A DNA stretch of 64,000 nucleotides. It comes from Myxococcota bacterium (GTDB lineage Bacteria > Myxococcota_A > UBA796 > CAJQPC01). The stretch lies in contig DASCPX010000070.1 in the NCBI GenBank assembly GCA_036012755.1, positions 192,001 to 256,000 of the forward strand, in the 5' to 3' direction. The number at the start of each line of letters is the position of its first letter. Position 1 is the first letter of the stretch. The notes beneath the pieces were generated by a model. That model was not told the origin of the DNA and did not search any database. It was given only the letters and a program-made list of their open reading frames with translations. Both the position numbers and the translations under genes were made by a program. Shown here one piece after another: positions 1 through 9,070 of the stretch.

Positions 1-876
1 GAGCAGCTGCTGCTGTTCAGCGGCGACCCAGCCCTCGTCGAGTGGGCCGGCGGGGAGGACGCCGGAGGTCTGCTCGGGTCCGCCGGCGGTGCCTTGACCG
101 CGGTGGTCCAGGAGCTGCCGCGGCGGCTTGTCGACGCGCACTCGGGCGAGCGGATCGGCTGGGGAGAGGTCCGCGCCACGCTCGAGGCAGCCTCCGGCCG
201 CGACCTGGAGGGCTTCTTCAGCTTCTGGATCGAGGCTGGCCGGCTGCCCAGGGTGGAGGCCACCACCCTCGTCGAGTCCGACCGCGTGATCGTCGAGGTC
301 GAGTCGGACCTGGCCGGCACCTTCCGCGTGCCCGTCACCGTGGGGAGCGGCGACGCGCACCTGGTCGAGATCGAGGACGGATGAGGCCACCTCGGGCTCG
401 AGCGGAGCTCCATCGAGCTCCCGATCGTCGGGATCGATCCGGCTGGCCGGTACCCCCTGCGCGAGCACACCGGCTGGCCCCCCGACGACCTCCTGGTGCC
501 GATCGCCGACTTCGAGGCCGGCGCCCCCTGGCGAGCCGGAAACGGGGCGGCGCTCCAGCGGGTCGAGGTCGACGGCGGGCACGCCCTGAAGGTCACCGCG
601 CCAGCCGGCGGCGCGGTCCGGTCTCCTCGACTCGAGGCCAACAACTGGGAGCACGGACGCGCGCTCGTCTTCAGGGTGCAGAAGCTCCCCGACAGCGACC
701 CGGTCACCGTGAGGATGTTGTCTCCCTCGGCCAGCGCGATGTCGGCTGCCGACCATGCCGAGACGCCCTCGGCTTCCCCCGAGTCCCCGCCCTGTATGGA
801 TCAGCTCACCGACACCACGTCTTCCCGGGAGACACCCTCCAGCGTGACGGCGGCGCTGTCGGTGGCCAGGTCGTAG
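1..876 (+). pseudogene. 5'-partial, disrupted ORF with an M1-aminopeptidase-like C-terminal region; in-frame TGA at 382-384; coding character fades near 700
   Basis: Frame +1 is open from base 1. 'LEAASGRDLEGFFSFWIEAGRLP' resembles the post-catalytic region of M1 peptidases. After the TGA the same frame continues (GHLGLERSSIELPIVGIDPAGRYPLRE) into ORF 496..876. Confidence 0.45.
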
Positions 877-1040
877 CCCCAGTTGGGGGCGGTGATGACC
901 ACGAGCGGACTCTCTGAGCTCGCCAGTTCGGTCTCCGAGGGCCCCTCCGTGTCCGCAGACTCGCCAGGTGTGGGACCAGGCGTGTTCGGCCCAGAAGGGT
1001 CGTTGCACGCGAACAACGCGAGAAGTGACACGGGCAGCAT
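700..1040 (-). pseudogene. Lipoprotein with Ig-like domain, interrupted by TGA at 801-803 and apparently truncated near 700
   Basis: Starts MLPVSLLALFAC, with TACGTT 7 nt upstream. Read-through gives VSVS*SIQGGDSGEAEGVSAWSAADIALAEGDNILTVTG, a typical Ig-like pattern in which the stop falls where Trp is expected. Confidence 0.55.
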
Positions 1041-1129
1041 GGCCGAGAACGTACCATCGTGCCGGGCAGCGCGGGCCGGTGTCTGGCCTGGGCGTTTGCC
1101 GTCACGGTTCGCGGGGACTACACGGCGCC

Positions 1130-1759
1130 GTGAGCCCCCGCCTGCTGACGCGTTTCGACGACCACTTCTACGCCTTCGACAAGCCGGCGGGCATGGCGGT
1201 CCACGCCAACGCAGAGGGCATCGGAGACCTGGTGTCCTGGCTGCGCACCCAGCGCTCGCTGCCGAGGGGGCTGGCCCCAGCGCACCGCCTCGATCGGGGC
1301 ACCTCCGGCGTCGTGCTCTGTGGCTCGAACCGCAAGGCACGGGCGACGATCTGCGACTGGCTCACGAGTGGCCGCAAGACCTACCTGGCCCTCGTCGCCG
1401 GCACGCCAGAGGCCGACGAGGGCTGCCTCGATGCTCCGCTGTTCGACGCGCGGCGGAAGAGGAAGCTGGAAGCGCGGACGCAGTTCCGGGTCTCCCGCCG
1501 CCTCGGGGGATTCAGCTTGCTCGAGGTGGACCTGCTCACCGGTCGAAAGCACCAGCTGCGCCGCCACCTCGCCGACGCCGGGCTCCCCGTGGTCGGTGAC
1601 CAGCGCCACGGTCCGAAGCGCCCGCGCCGCGTGCCGGGCTTCCCCGGTCGTCTGTGGCTTCACTCCTGGCGGATCGAGCTGGGGGCCCGCACGATCACGG
1701 CGCCGCTGCCGGCAGAGCTCCGGGAGCACCTCGACTCGATGGGCCAGGTCCGTCGGTGA
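1130..1759 (+). CDS. RluA-family RNA pseudouridine synthase
   Basis: Motifs DKPAGMAVH, HRLDRGTSG (catalytic Asp), KTYLALV, TGRKHQLRRHL, PVVGD, LWLHS. GTG start chosen at 1130. Confidence 0.92.
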   Translation: MSPRLLTRFDDHFYAFDKPAGMAVHANAEGIGDLVSWLRTQRSLPRGLAPAHRLDRGTSGVVLCGSNRKARATICDWLTSGRKTYLALVAGTPEADEGCLDAPLFDARRKRKLEARTQFRVSRRLGGFSLLEVDLLTGRKHQLRRHLADAGLPVVGDQRHGPKRPRRVPGFPGRLWLHSWRIELGARTITAPLPAELREHLDSMGQVRR

Positions 1760-1775
1760 CGGGCTACGTGCCCCC

Positions 1776-3026
1776 ATGTTCCTGCTGTGGCTGGCCTGCG
1801 AGGAGGCTCCCCCCGAGACCTCGATCCCCACCTGGCTCGCCCCAGAGGTCGTAGACGCCGTCTCGATGGAGCGGGTCAAGGCACACGTCGACGTGCTCGC
1901 GGACGACAGCCTCGGGGGTCGCATCCCCGGCTCATACGGACACTCACTGGCGCAGGACTACCTGCTCGGGGAGCTCCAGGAGATCGGCCTCGAACCCCTG
2001 GGCTCGGACGGCTATCGACAGGACTACGTCAGCGAGCCCGTCGACGGCCGCTTCCAGCTCCTCGAGGACGGCACGGTCGCGGACGCCGAAGACGACCACG
2101 GGACCAACCTCGTCGCCCTGCTGCCCGGCAGCGACCCCGAGCTGGCCGACCAGCACATCGTCGTCATGGCCCACTACGACCACCTGGGCGTGAACAGGGA
2201 CGGCGAGGTCTACAACGGCGCCTTCGACGACGCCACCTCGGTCGCGGTCCTGCTCGAGCTGGCCCGGGTGCTGGTGGAGGAGGAGGTCGAGCTCGGCCGC
2301 TCGATCGTCTTCTTGCTCACTGACGACGAGGAGAGCGGGCTGGAGGGCGCCGAGTGGTTCCTCGCCGACGAGCTCGTCCCACACAGTGAGATCAGCTTCG
2401 CGATCGCCTTGGATCCCATCGGCCGCGGGGTGCTTCCCGACTACTGGCCGCTGGCCCTGATGGGGCTCGAGCGCAGCCCGGACCTGCTGGCCAGCTGGAA
2501 GGAGGTCTGCAGGTACGCGGAGACGACCGTCTCGTTCGTGCACCGGGACACGATCCCCTTGTTCGCCTCTGATCAGGACGAGTTCTACCGGCTCGACGAC
2601 CCCATCCCCGCGGTCTGGTTCACCAGCCCGGGCATGGCCTTCTATCACACGGTCGATGACACCCCGGAGACCATCGACTACCGCTCGGTCCGCCCCCAGG
2701 CCCGCTTCCTGCTTCAGGCCCTCGCCTGGTTCGCTCAGAAGGGCGACGACTACGCCTACGAGGGTCCACCGGAGCTTGCTCCAGAGCACGCGGCGGACGC
2801 TCGAGCGCTCGTGGCCGGCTACCTGGGCTCGGAGCACCTGAGCGACAGCGAGCGCGCCGAGGTCGAGAGCATCCTGCACGATCTCGACGCCATCATCGAG
2901 GCCGACAACCTAGACGTCGTAGACAACCCGGAGGGGCTCTTCGTCTACGCGATGTACTACTTGGTCTTCGAGCTGCCAGGGGAGCACATCGGCGAGATCC
3001 CGCCGCCCTTTCCAGAGGATGGATAG
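1776..3026 (+). CDS. M28-family metallopeptidase, predicted lipoprotein
   Basis: N-terminus MFLLWLAC; motifs AHYDHLG, NGAFDDATS, DEESGL, SDQ, YHTVDDT. Confidence 0.9.
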   Translation: MFLLWLACEEAPPETSIPTWLAPEVVDAVSMERVKAHVDVLADDSLGGRIPGSYGHSLAQDYLLGELQEIGLEPLGSDGYRQDYVSEPVDGRFQLLEDGTVADAEDDHGTNLVALLPGSDPELADQHIVVMAHYDHLGVNRDGEVYNGAFDDATSVAVLLELARVLVEEEVELGRSIVFLLTDDEESGLEGAEWFLADELVPHSEISFAIALDPIGRGVLPDYWPLALMGLERSPDLLASWKEVCRYAETTVSFVHRDTIPLFASDQDEFYRLDDPIPAVWFTSPGMAFYHTVDDTPETIDYRSVRPQARFLLQALAWFAQKGDDYAYEGPPELAPEHAADARALVAGYLGSEHLSDSERAEVESILHDLDAIIEADNLDVVDNPEGLFVYAMYYLVFELPGEHIGEIPPPFPEDG

Positions 3027-3048
3027 CGAGCCTGGTGTCTCGGGAGGG

Positions 3049-3114
3049 ATGAGCTCGTCGGATCCACACGCGCCCCTTCGAGACGACGTGCGCGTGCTCG
3101 GCATGATGCTCGGC
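3049..3114 (+). pseudogene. ppc: N-terminal remnant of phosphoenolpyruvate carboxylase
   Basis: SD-like GGAGGG, then MSSSDPHAPLRDDVRVLGMMLG, matching the LRxDVRxLGxxLG N-terminal motif of PEPC. Similarity ends after about 22 codons. Confidence 0.6.
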
Positions 3115-3187
3115 GCGATCGGAGCACGAATCGGGGACGGGCGTGCCGCTGCCTCCTTGGGCGAACCCCAGCCCCAACGGAGCTACC

Positions 3188-3499
3188 ATGACCATCCGCA
3201 CCGCCATCGTTGCCCTCGCCTACTTCCTTCCCTCCGCCGCCTTCGCAGCCGACCTCGTCGTGCCCGTCGAGTCCCTCTCCGAGATGGAGATGGAGGTCCT
3301 CGGGTGGGAGAGTGAAGACAGCATCGCGGTCAACATCGACAACTCTCACCGCACGCTCGAGCTCGTGTGGGACGAGGACGGAAGGCCCTTCGCCGTCATC
3401 GGCAGCGTCGACGACGAGATCGCGGTCACGATCACCAACGACCACCGGGTGGCGGGCGAGGACGGGACGATCAGCGTGAGCATCGACAACTCGCACTGA
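3188..3499 (+). CDS. Small secreted acidic hypothetical protein with internal IxVxIxNxH repeats
   Basis: GGAG before ATG; signal peptide ending AFA-AD; repeats IAVNIDNSH / IAVTITNDH / ISVSIDNSH. Confidence 0.7.
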   Translation: MTIRTAIVALAYFLPSAAFAADLVVPVESLSEMEMEVLGWESEDSIAVNIDNSHRTLELVWDEDGRPFAVIGSVDDEIAVTITNDHRVAGEDGTISVSIDNSH

Positions 3500-3552
3500 G
3501 AGCCTGCGGTCCGGGTAGGCGAGGGTCTCCCTCGTCGCCCGGACCTTGCACG

Positions 3553-5223
3553 TCACCCCCGGCGCTTCGCCTGCCGCTTCTTCTTCTCCCGACGCTTGCG
3601 GTCCTTCTCCTTTCGCACCACCGCGTCGTGGCTCAGGTGGTCGTCAGCGTGGCGCCGCACGAACGCGCGGTATCCCCCCGGATGGTCCACGATGCCATCG
3701 TGTCTGATCTCGATGACGCGAGTGGCGAGGCGGTCGACCAACCAGCGGTCATGGCTCACGAACAAGAGCGTGCCCTCGTACTTTCGCAGGGCCCTGGCCA
3801 GGGCGCGGATGCTCTCGATGTCCAGGTGGTTCGTGGGCTCATCCAGGACCAGCACGGTGGGCTCGACGACCCCGAGCCGTGAGAACAACAGGCGCGCGGC
3901 CTCGCCTCCCGAGAGGCTCTTCACCCTCTTGTCGCCGTCGTCTCGATCGAAGAGCACCTGGGCGAGTCGACCCACGATGGAGCCGAGGGGCTCCAGGGGA
4001 CATGACTCCCAGAGCGCGGACAGCAGCGTCTGGTCCGGGTCGCCGAGGGCTTCGTGGTGGTCCTGGGGGAAGTACCCGAAGTCGGCCTCGTAGCCCCACT
4101 CGAAGCTGCCGGAGTCCGCCTCGAGGGCCCCGACGAGGATCTTCAGGAGCGTGCTCTTGCCGATCCCGTTCGGGCCGACGATTGCGACCCGCTCGCCGCG
4201 GAGCACGTCGAAGCTGACGTCTTCGAGCACCGGGTGGTCCCAGGCCTTGCTGATCTTCCGAACCGCCAGCACGTGGCGTCCGCTCTTGCGTCTCTGCTCG
4301 AAGCGGAAGTTGGGGCTGCGGCGACTGCTGCGAGGCAGCTTCTCGATGACCATCTTCTCTACGCGCTTCTGGCGGCTGTTCGCCTGGCGGGCTTTGGTGG
4401 CCTTTGCCTTGAAGCGCTTGATGAAGGCCTTCTGCGCGGCGATCTCCTTTTCGCGCTTGCTGATCTCTTTTTCCTGCCGCTGCCGCTCCTCCTTCTTCTG
4501 TTTCGTGAACGCCGTGAAGTCCCCCCGATAGACCATGACGCGTTCGTAGTCGACGTCCAGGATGTGCGTGCAGACCCTGTCCAGGAACCGGAGGTCGTGG
4601 CTCACGACGACCGCGCAGCCCTTGAACTTGGCCAGGAAGGTCTCGAGCCAGACGATCGCGAGGATGTCCAGGTGGTTCGTGGGCTCGTCGAGGAGCAGGA
4701 TGTCCGGCTCGGCGACCAGGGTCTGGGCGAGCAGGGCTCGCAGCTTGTAGCCGCCGGACAGTGCGCTCATGGGCAGCTCGTGCTGGGCGACGGGGATGCC
4801 GAGCCCCCCGAGCACCTCTGCCGCTCGGCTCTCCAGCGAGTAGCCGTCGAACTGCATCACGATGTCCTCGAGCTCCGCGTAGCGGTCGTCGTCGAAGTGC
4901 TCGTGTGCCTTCGCCAGCAGCGCTTCCTTTTCCTCCATGGCCTCCCAGAGCACGGCGTTGCCCATCATCACCACGTCGAGGATGCGGGTCTGCTCGTAGC
5001 GGAAGTGGTCCTGCTCCAGCACTCCCATGCGGCAGTTGCGGGGCAGGGCGACCTTGCCCTCGCTGGCCTCTTCCTGGCCCGCGAGGATGCGCAGCAGGGT
5101 GGACTTGCCGCTGCCGTTGGCGCCGACGATGCCGTAGCGCTGGCCTCGGTCGAGCTGCAGGCTGCAGCCGGTGAACAGCGTCTGTGCCCCATAGGACATG
5201 GCGAGGTCGGTTGCGGTGAGCAC
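3553..5223 (-). CDS. ABC-F family ribosome-associated ATPase (YbiT/YheS-like)
   Basis: Two ABC cassettes (GANGSGKST, LSGG, LDEPTNHLD; GPNGIGKST, LSGGE, LDEPTNHLD), a coiled linker and no TM segments. GTG start at 5223. Confidence 0.93.
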   Translation of the reverse strand: MLTATDLAMSYGAQTLFTGCSLQLDRGQRYGIVGANGSGKSTLLRILAGQEEASEGKVALPRNCRMGVLEQDHFRYEQTRILDVVMMGNAVLWEAMEEKEALLAKAHEHFDDDRYAELEDIVMQFDGYSLESRAAEVLGGLGIPVAQHELPMSALSGGYKLRALLAQTLVAEPDILLLDEPTNHLDILAIVWLETFLAKFKGCAVVVSHDLRFLDRVCTHILDVDYERVMVYRGDFTAFTKQKKEERQRQEKEISKREKEIAAQKAFIKRFKAKATKARQANSRQKRVEKMVIEKLPRSSRRSPNFRFEQRRKSGRHVLAVRKISKAWDHPVLEDVSFDVLRGERVAIVGPNGIGKSTLLKILVGALEADSGSFEWGYEADFGYFPQDHHEALGDPDQTLLSALWESCPLEPLGSIVGRLAQVLFDRDDGDKRVKSLSGGEAARLLFSRLGVVEPTVLVLDEPTNHLDIESIRALARALRKYEGTLLFVSHDRWLVDRLATRVIEIRHDGIVDHPGGYRAFVRRHADDHLSHDAVVRKEKDRKRREKKKRQAKRRG

Positions 5224-5330
5224 CCGCCGACATATCCCGCCGCGGGCCCTCGCGGTCTGCGAGGCCACGACCTCTGAAACCCTCCTGCAACGAAGTGGAG
5301 GGTGCACCTCGGCTACCGTGAACGCGGAAG

Positions 5331-6315
5331 GTGCCCTTGCTGCTGAGCTGTGTCTCCCTCGTCCTCGCCCGGGATCTGGAGGTCCAGGTGGACACGAAGC
5401 AGGCGGAGCGTGCGGGGATCGACGTCCCCTCTTTCGAGGCCGAGTTCTCCGAGGCGGTGGAGGACAAGCTCCACCTGCTCGATCAATGAGGACTACCTCC
5501 GCCAGATGGCAGAGGCGGCGGCGCTCTCGACCAAGGGCATGGGGGTCGACTACGCCAGCAACGCCGAGCGCTTCGTGCTCGGAGCGAGCGTCGGCTCGGC
5601 GGCCAGTTCCGGGCTGCGGATCGGAGAGGGACAGTCCCAGCTCCCCCAGGGGGGCTTCGCTTTCCAGGTCTCGGCGATGGCGGGCATGAACCTGGGGGCG
5701 TTCGCAGACGAGGACAGCCCCGCGAGGCGGTTTCTGATCTACGCCAACGGCATGCAGATGGAGCGACATGAGACACAGTTCGACAGCGAGCTGATGAACG
5801 CCGGGGCTCACCTGCAGGTGAAGCTCCTGAGGCCGCGGATCGAGGACAACAAGGGCTGGGGAGGGCTGGACCTCACGACGGGATACGAGTTCAGCCAGTA
5901 CTCCCGGCGGCTCACCCAGGGTGTCTCCATCGAGCGTGGCAAGAACGGGTGGGACGCGACTGGGGACTACGCCATCGACTCGACCACCTAGGCCCTGCCC
6001 CTGGAGCTGTCGACCAACGTCCGGATGGGAGCGCTGAGTCTGTACGCCGGCGGTGGATACGATCTCTGGCGGCGTGGACACTCGGCGAGTGACATCGCGC
6101 TGGACGGCACGCTGACCACCAAGGTCGAGGGAGAGGAGGCGATGTTGGGTTCGGCGAGCCTCTTGCACGCCCAGCAGGTGAGCCTCGGGGACGCTGTCCC
6201 CCGCGGCTTCTTCGGTCTGCAGATGAACGTCTTCGTCGTGGGGGCATACGCCCAGGTCAACCTGCAGCCAGGCACGGCCTTCGGCGGCCACGCGGGGATG
6301 CGAGTCGCGCTCTGA
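5331..6315 (+). pseudogene. Outer-membrane beta-barrel-like protein broken by a +1 frameshift (~5487) and an in-frame TAG (5989-5991)
   Basis: The frame from GTG 5331 (MPLLLSCVSLVLA-RDLEV...HLLDQ) stops at 5487-5489. Coding continues in the +1 frame (EDYLRQMAEAAA...), then STT*ALPLELSTNVR reads in frame to 6315. Amphipathic beta-strand pattern ending GHAGMRVAL. Confidence 0.7.
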
Positions 6316-6340
6316 GTAGTGGGCTCCGCGCGGCTGGCCG

Positions 6341-8263
6341 TCAGCGGACGTAGACCTCCAGCTCCGCGACCCCCACGTCCTCGTTGCTCGACTCCTGGTT
6401 GCTCATCAACCGGGCCTCCAGGTCCTCGCTGGTCGTCGCCGACAGGGACACCTGGGCCCAGGTCGTGGAGAACAGCGCCGTCGAGTACCAGGTGGAGGTC
6501 CACGTGCTCGCCGTGTTGCCGGTCTCGCAGGAGTAGTCGGTGCCCACGAAGGCCGCGGGGGCCTCGCCGCCGTCGGCGGGGCAGTCGTAGGTGCTGTAGT
6601 AGCCAGGGGTCAGGCCGATGGCCCAGGTGTAGACGTGGCTGCGGCTGCCCGTGCCGTCGTCCACCGTCAGCGACACGCCGTCGACGTAGTCGTCGTCGAT
6701 GCCGTAGCTGCTCCGAGACTGCCCGAAGGCGTCCATGGAGTGGTACTGGTAGGCCTCGACCCGGGCGAGGACCTCGCCGTAGTCCACCTCGAGGCTGTCG
6801 ATCGTGGCGCTCACGGCTCCCTCCGCCGAGACGTCCCGGTAGCAGTAGCTGCCGGTCTGTACCCAGTCGTCAGGGCAGCCGTCCACGCTGAAGTCGTAGT
6901 CTGCGAGCTGGGTCCAGCCGCCGCCGTCGGTGCTCATGTCGCACTCGACCTCGACGGTGGTTCCGTCACCGTCCGGGTCGATGTCGTAGCTCCCGTCGGT
7001 CGCCGAGGAGTTGGCGCTCAGGATCTCGAGGCAGCTGCCGCAGGGCCCGACGCTCTTGTCCCCGTCGTCGCAGTCGTCCCCGCCGCAGCTGGCGTCGGCG
7101 TAGCCGTCCCCGTCACCGTCGTTGTCGATTGATCCGTCACAGTCGTAGTCCTCTCCGTCGCAGCCCGCGGCCGCGCCCGGACTGTATGCCGTGTCCCCGT
7201 CATCACAGTCGTCGCCGCTCGCCACATAGGCGCTCGTCGGCGCCGAGCAGGCCTCGACTGCGGTGCCGGCGCCGTAGCCGTCCCCGTCCATGTCCAGGTA
7301 CCAGTCGGACAAGACGCCGTCGTCGATGTCGCCGTCGCAGTCGTCGTCCTCTCCGTCGCAGACCTCTGTGGCGCCGGGCCAGGTGTCCGCGTCGCTGTCG
7401 TCGCAGTCCGTGTCGTCCTCGACGTAGCCACTGGGAGCATCACAGGCCTCCAGGGCGTAGTCCGCGGCCCCGAAGCCGTCTCCGTCGGCGTCGGCGTACC
7501 AGGTGCTGCGGTCCGTCGCCGAGTCGTCGTCGGTCTGACCATCACAGTCGTCGTCGACGCCGTTGCAGACCTCGTCAGCGTCCGGGTTCACCGCTGAGTC
7601 CGTGTCGTCACAGTCCCCGGTGACGACCGCCCACCCTTCCGGCTGGTCACAAGCCCGGCTGCTCGTGTCGCTCCCGTAGCTGTCGGCGTCGCCGTCTTCG
7701 TACCAGGTCGCGGCGTCGATCGCCGAGTCCTCGTCGGTCTCTCCGTCGCAGTCGTCGTCGATCTCGTTGCAGAGCTCCTCCGCGGCGATGTTGACGGCGG
7801 CGTCGTCGTCGTCGCAGTCGGTGGCGTCAGCGACCGTGCCGTCTCCAGCCTCGCAGGTCTGGCTCGACGAGTCGGGATCCCCGAAGCCGTCGCCGTCGCC
7901 GTCGTCGTACCATGTGCCACCGGCGCTGTCGTCGATCTCTCCGTCGCAGTCGTCGTCTTCGCCGTTGCAGACCTCGACCGCGTCGGGGTTGACGTCCTCG
8001 TCCGTGTCGTCGCAGTCGTCTTCGGCGGGGAAGCCGTCCTCGTCGAGGTCGTCGTCCAGCGTGGCCTCGTCGCAGTCGTCGTCGACGCCGTTGTAGGGCT
8101 CCTCCACGTGCTCTGGGGAGCGCGCCGGGTCCCCGTCGTCGCAGTCTTCTTCCTCGGGGGAGCCGTCACCGTCCGCGTCGACGATGGGCACCTCGCTGTC
8201 CTCGACGAAGCCGGAGTCGTGTGTGTCTTTGTTGCGGCAGGCCAGCAGGATCAGGAAGGTCAT
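6341..8263 (-). CDS. Lipoprotein with DCDD/CNGxDDDCDG putative metal-binding repeats, fibrinogen-like (NEC) module and variable C-terminal domain
   Basis: [13 protein letters not shown]; multiple DCDD...ExCNGxDDDCDG repeats; [32 protein letters not shown] 8263 is preceded by TAGACT. Confidence 0.85.
   Translation of the reverse strand: MTFLILLACRNKDTHDSGFVEDSEVPIVDADGDGSPEEEDCDDGDPARSPEHVEEPYNGVDDDCDEATLDDDLDEDGFPAEDDCDDTDEDVNPDAVEVCNGEDDDCDGEIDDSAGGTWYDDGDGDGFGDPDSSSQTCEAGDGTVADATDCDDDDAAVNIAAEELCNEIDDDCDGETDEDSAIDAATWYEDGDADSYGSDTSSRACDQPEGWAVVTGDCDDTDSAVNPDADEVCNGVDDDCDGQTDDDSATDRSTWYADADGDGFGAADYALEACDAPSGYVEDDTDCDDSDADTWPGATEVCDGEDDDCDGDIDDGVLSDWYLDMDGDGYGAGTAVEACSAPTSAYVASGDDCDDGDTAYSPGAAAGCDGEDYDCDGSIDNDGDGDGYADASCGGDDCDDGDKSVGPCGSCLEILSANSSATDGSYDIDPDGDGTTVEVECDMSTDGGGWTQLADYDFSVDGCPDDWVQTGSYCYRDVSAEGAVSATIDSLEVDYGEVLARVEAYQYHSMDAFGQSRSSYGIDDDYVDGVSLTVDDGTGSRSHVYTWAIGLTPGYYSTYDCPADGGEAPAAFVGTDYSCETGNTASTWTSTWYSTALFSTTWAQVSLSATTSEDLEARLMSNQESSNEDVGVAELEVYVR
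7063..7114. repeat. 52-nt exact direct repeat, copy 1 (copy 2 at 9911-9962)
   Basis: cgtcgtcgcagtcgtccccgccgcagctggcgtcggcgtagccgtccccgtc is identical in both paralogs and encodes [17 protein letters not shown]. Confidence 0.9.
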
Positions 8264-8344
8264 GCCCGAGTCTACAGCGCTGCTGTCCGGAAGGCGGGGG
8301 TCGGGGTTCTGGCTCCGTATCGGGGGTACACCCGCGAGGAGATC

Positions 8345-9070
8345 ATGGCCGCGACATCTACGATCGAATGGACCGAAGTCACCTGGAACCCCGTCACCGG
8401 CTGCACGAAGGTCAGCCCCGGCTGCAAGTTCTGCTACGCCGAGGTCATGGCCCGTCGGCTCCTGGCGATGAGAATGAAGCGCTACAGAAACGGCTTCGAC
8501 GTCACGCTGCAGCCCGACATTGTCGAGCTGCCCCTGCGGTGGCGCAAGCCTCGCGTCGTCTTCGTGAACTCGATGTCGGACCTCTTCCACGTCGACGTGC
8601 CAGAGGAGTACATCCTGCGCGTTTTCCAGACCATGGAGCGGGCCTCCTGGCACACCTTCCAGGTCCTCACGAAGCGCTCGGAGCGTCTCGCCGAGCTGGC
8701 ACCGAGGCTGCCCTGGCCCGACAACGTCTGGATGGGTGTGTCGGTCGAGGACCGCAAGCGCGTCTCACGGATCGGGGACCTCGCCAAGGTGCCCGCCGCC
8801 GTGCGCTTCCTCTCGATCGAGCCGATGCTGGAGGCCCTCCCGGAGCTCCCGCTCGAGGGCATTCACTGGGTCATCGTCGGCGGCGAGTCGGGGAGGCGGC
8901 CGCGCCCCATGGAGGCCTCATGGGTCCGCGACACGCAGATCCAGTGCGAGGCCGCCGGGGTCCCGTTCTTCTTCAAGCAGTGGGGCGGTACCAACAAGAA
9001 GAAGGCCGGCCGCCTGTTGGACGGTCGCGTCTGGGACGAGATGCCTACCTCACCCAGAGACGCTGCTTGA
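8345..9070 (+). CDS. DUF5131 / phage Gp37-Gp68 family protein (three-Cys, radical-SAM-like)
   Basis: [73 protein letters not shown]. Confidence 0.92.
   Translation: MAATSTIEWTEVTWNPVTGCTKVSPGCKFCYAEVMARRLLAMRMKRYRNGFDVTLQPDIVELPLRWRKPRVVFVNSMSDLFHVDVPEEYILRVFQTMERASWHTFQVLTKRSERLAELAPRLPWPDNVWMGVSVEDRKRVSRIGDLAKVPAAVRFLSIEPMLEALPELPLEGIHWVIVGGESGRRPRPMEASWVRDTQIQCEAAGVPFFFKQWGGTNKKKAGRLLDGRVWDEMPTSPRDAA

Noticed and set aside
382..803. TGA at 382 and 801 as selenocysteine or as Trp (alternative genetic code)
   Set aside because: No redox Cys context or evident SECIS. TGG is abundant and many genes end in TGA with coupled starts, so TGA is a normal stop here.
3137..3153. Sigma-54 site upstream of 3188
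   Set aside because: GG-N10-GC spacing is present, but the rest matches the consensus poorly.
8345..9070. Prophage
   Set aside because: A single phage-associated family gene with no structural, integrase or replication genes.
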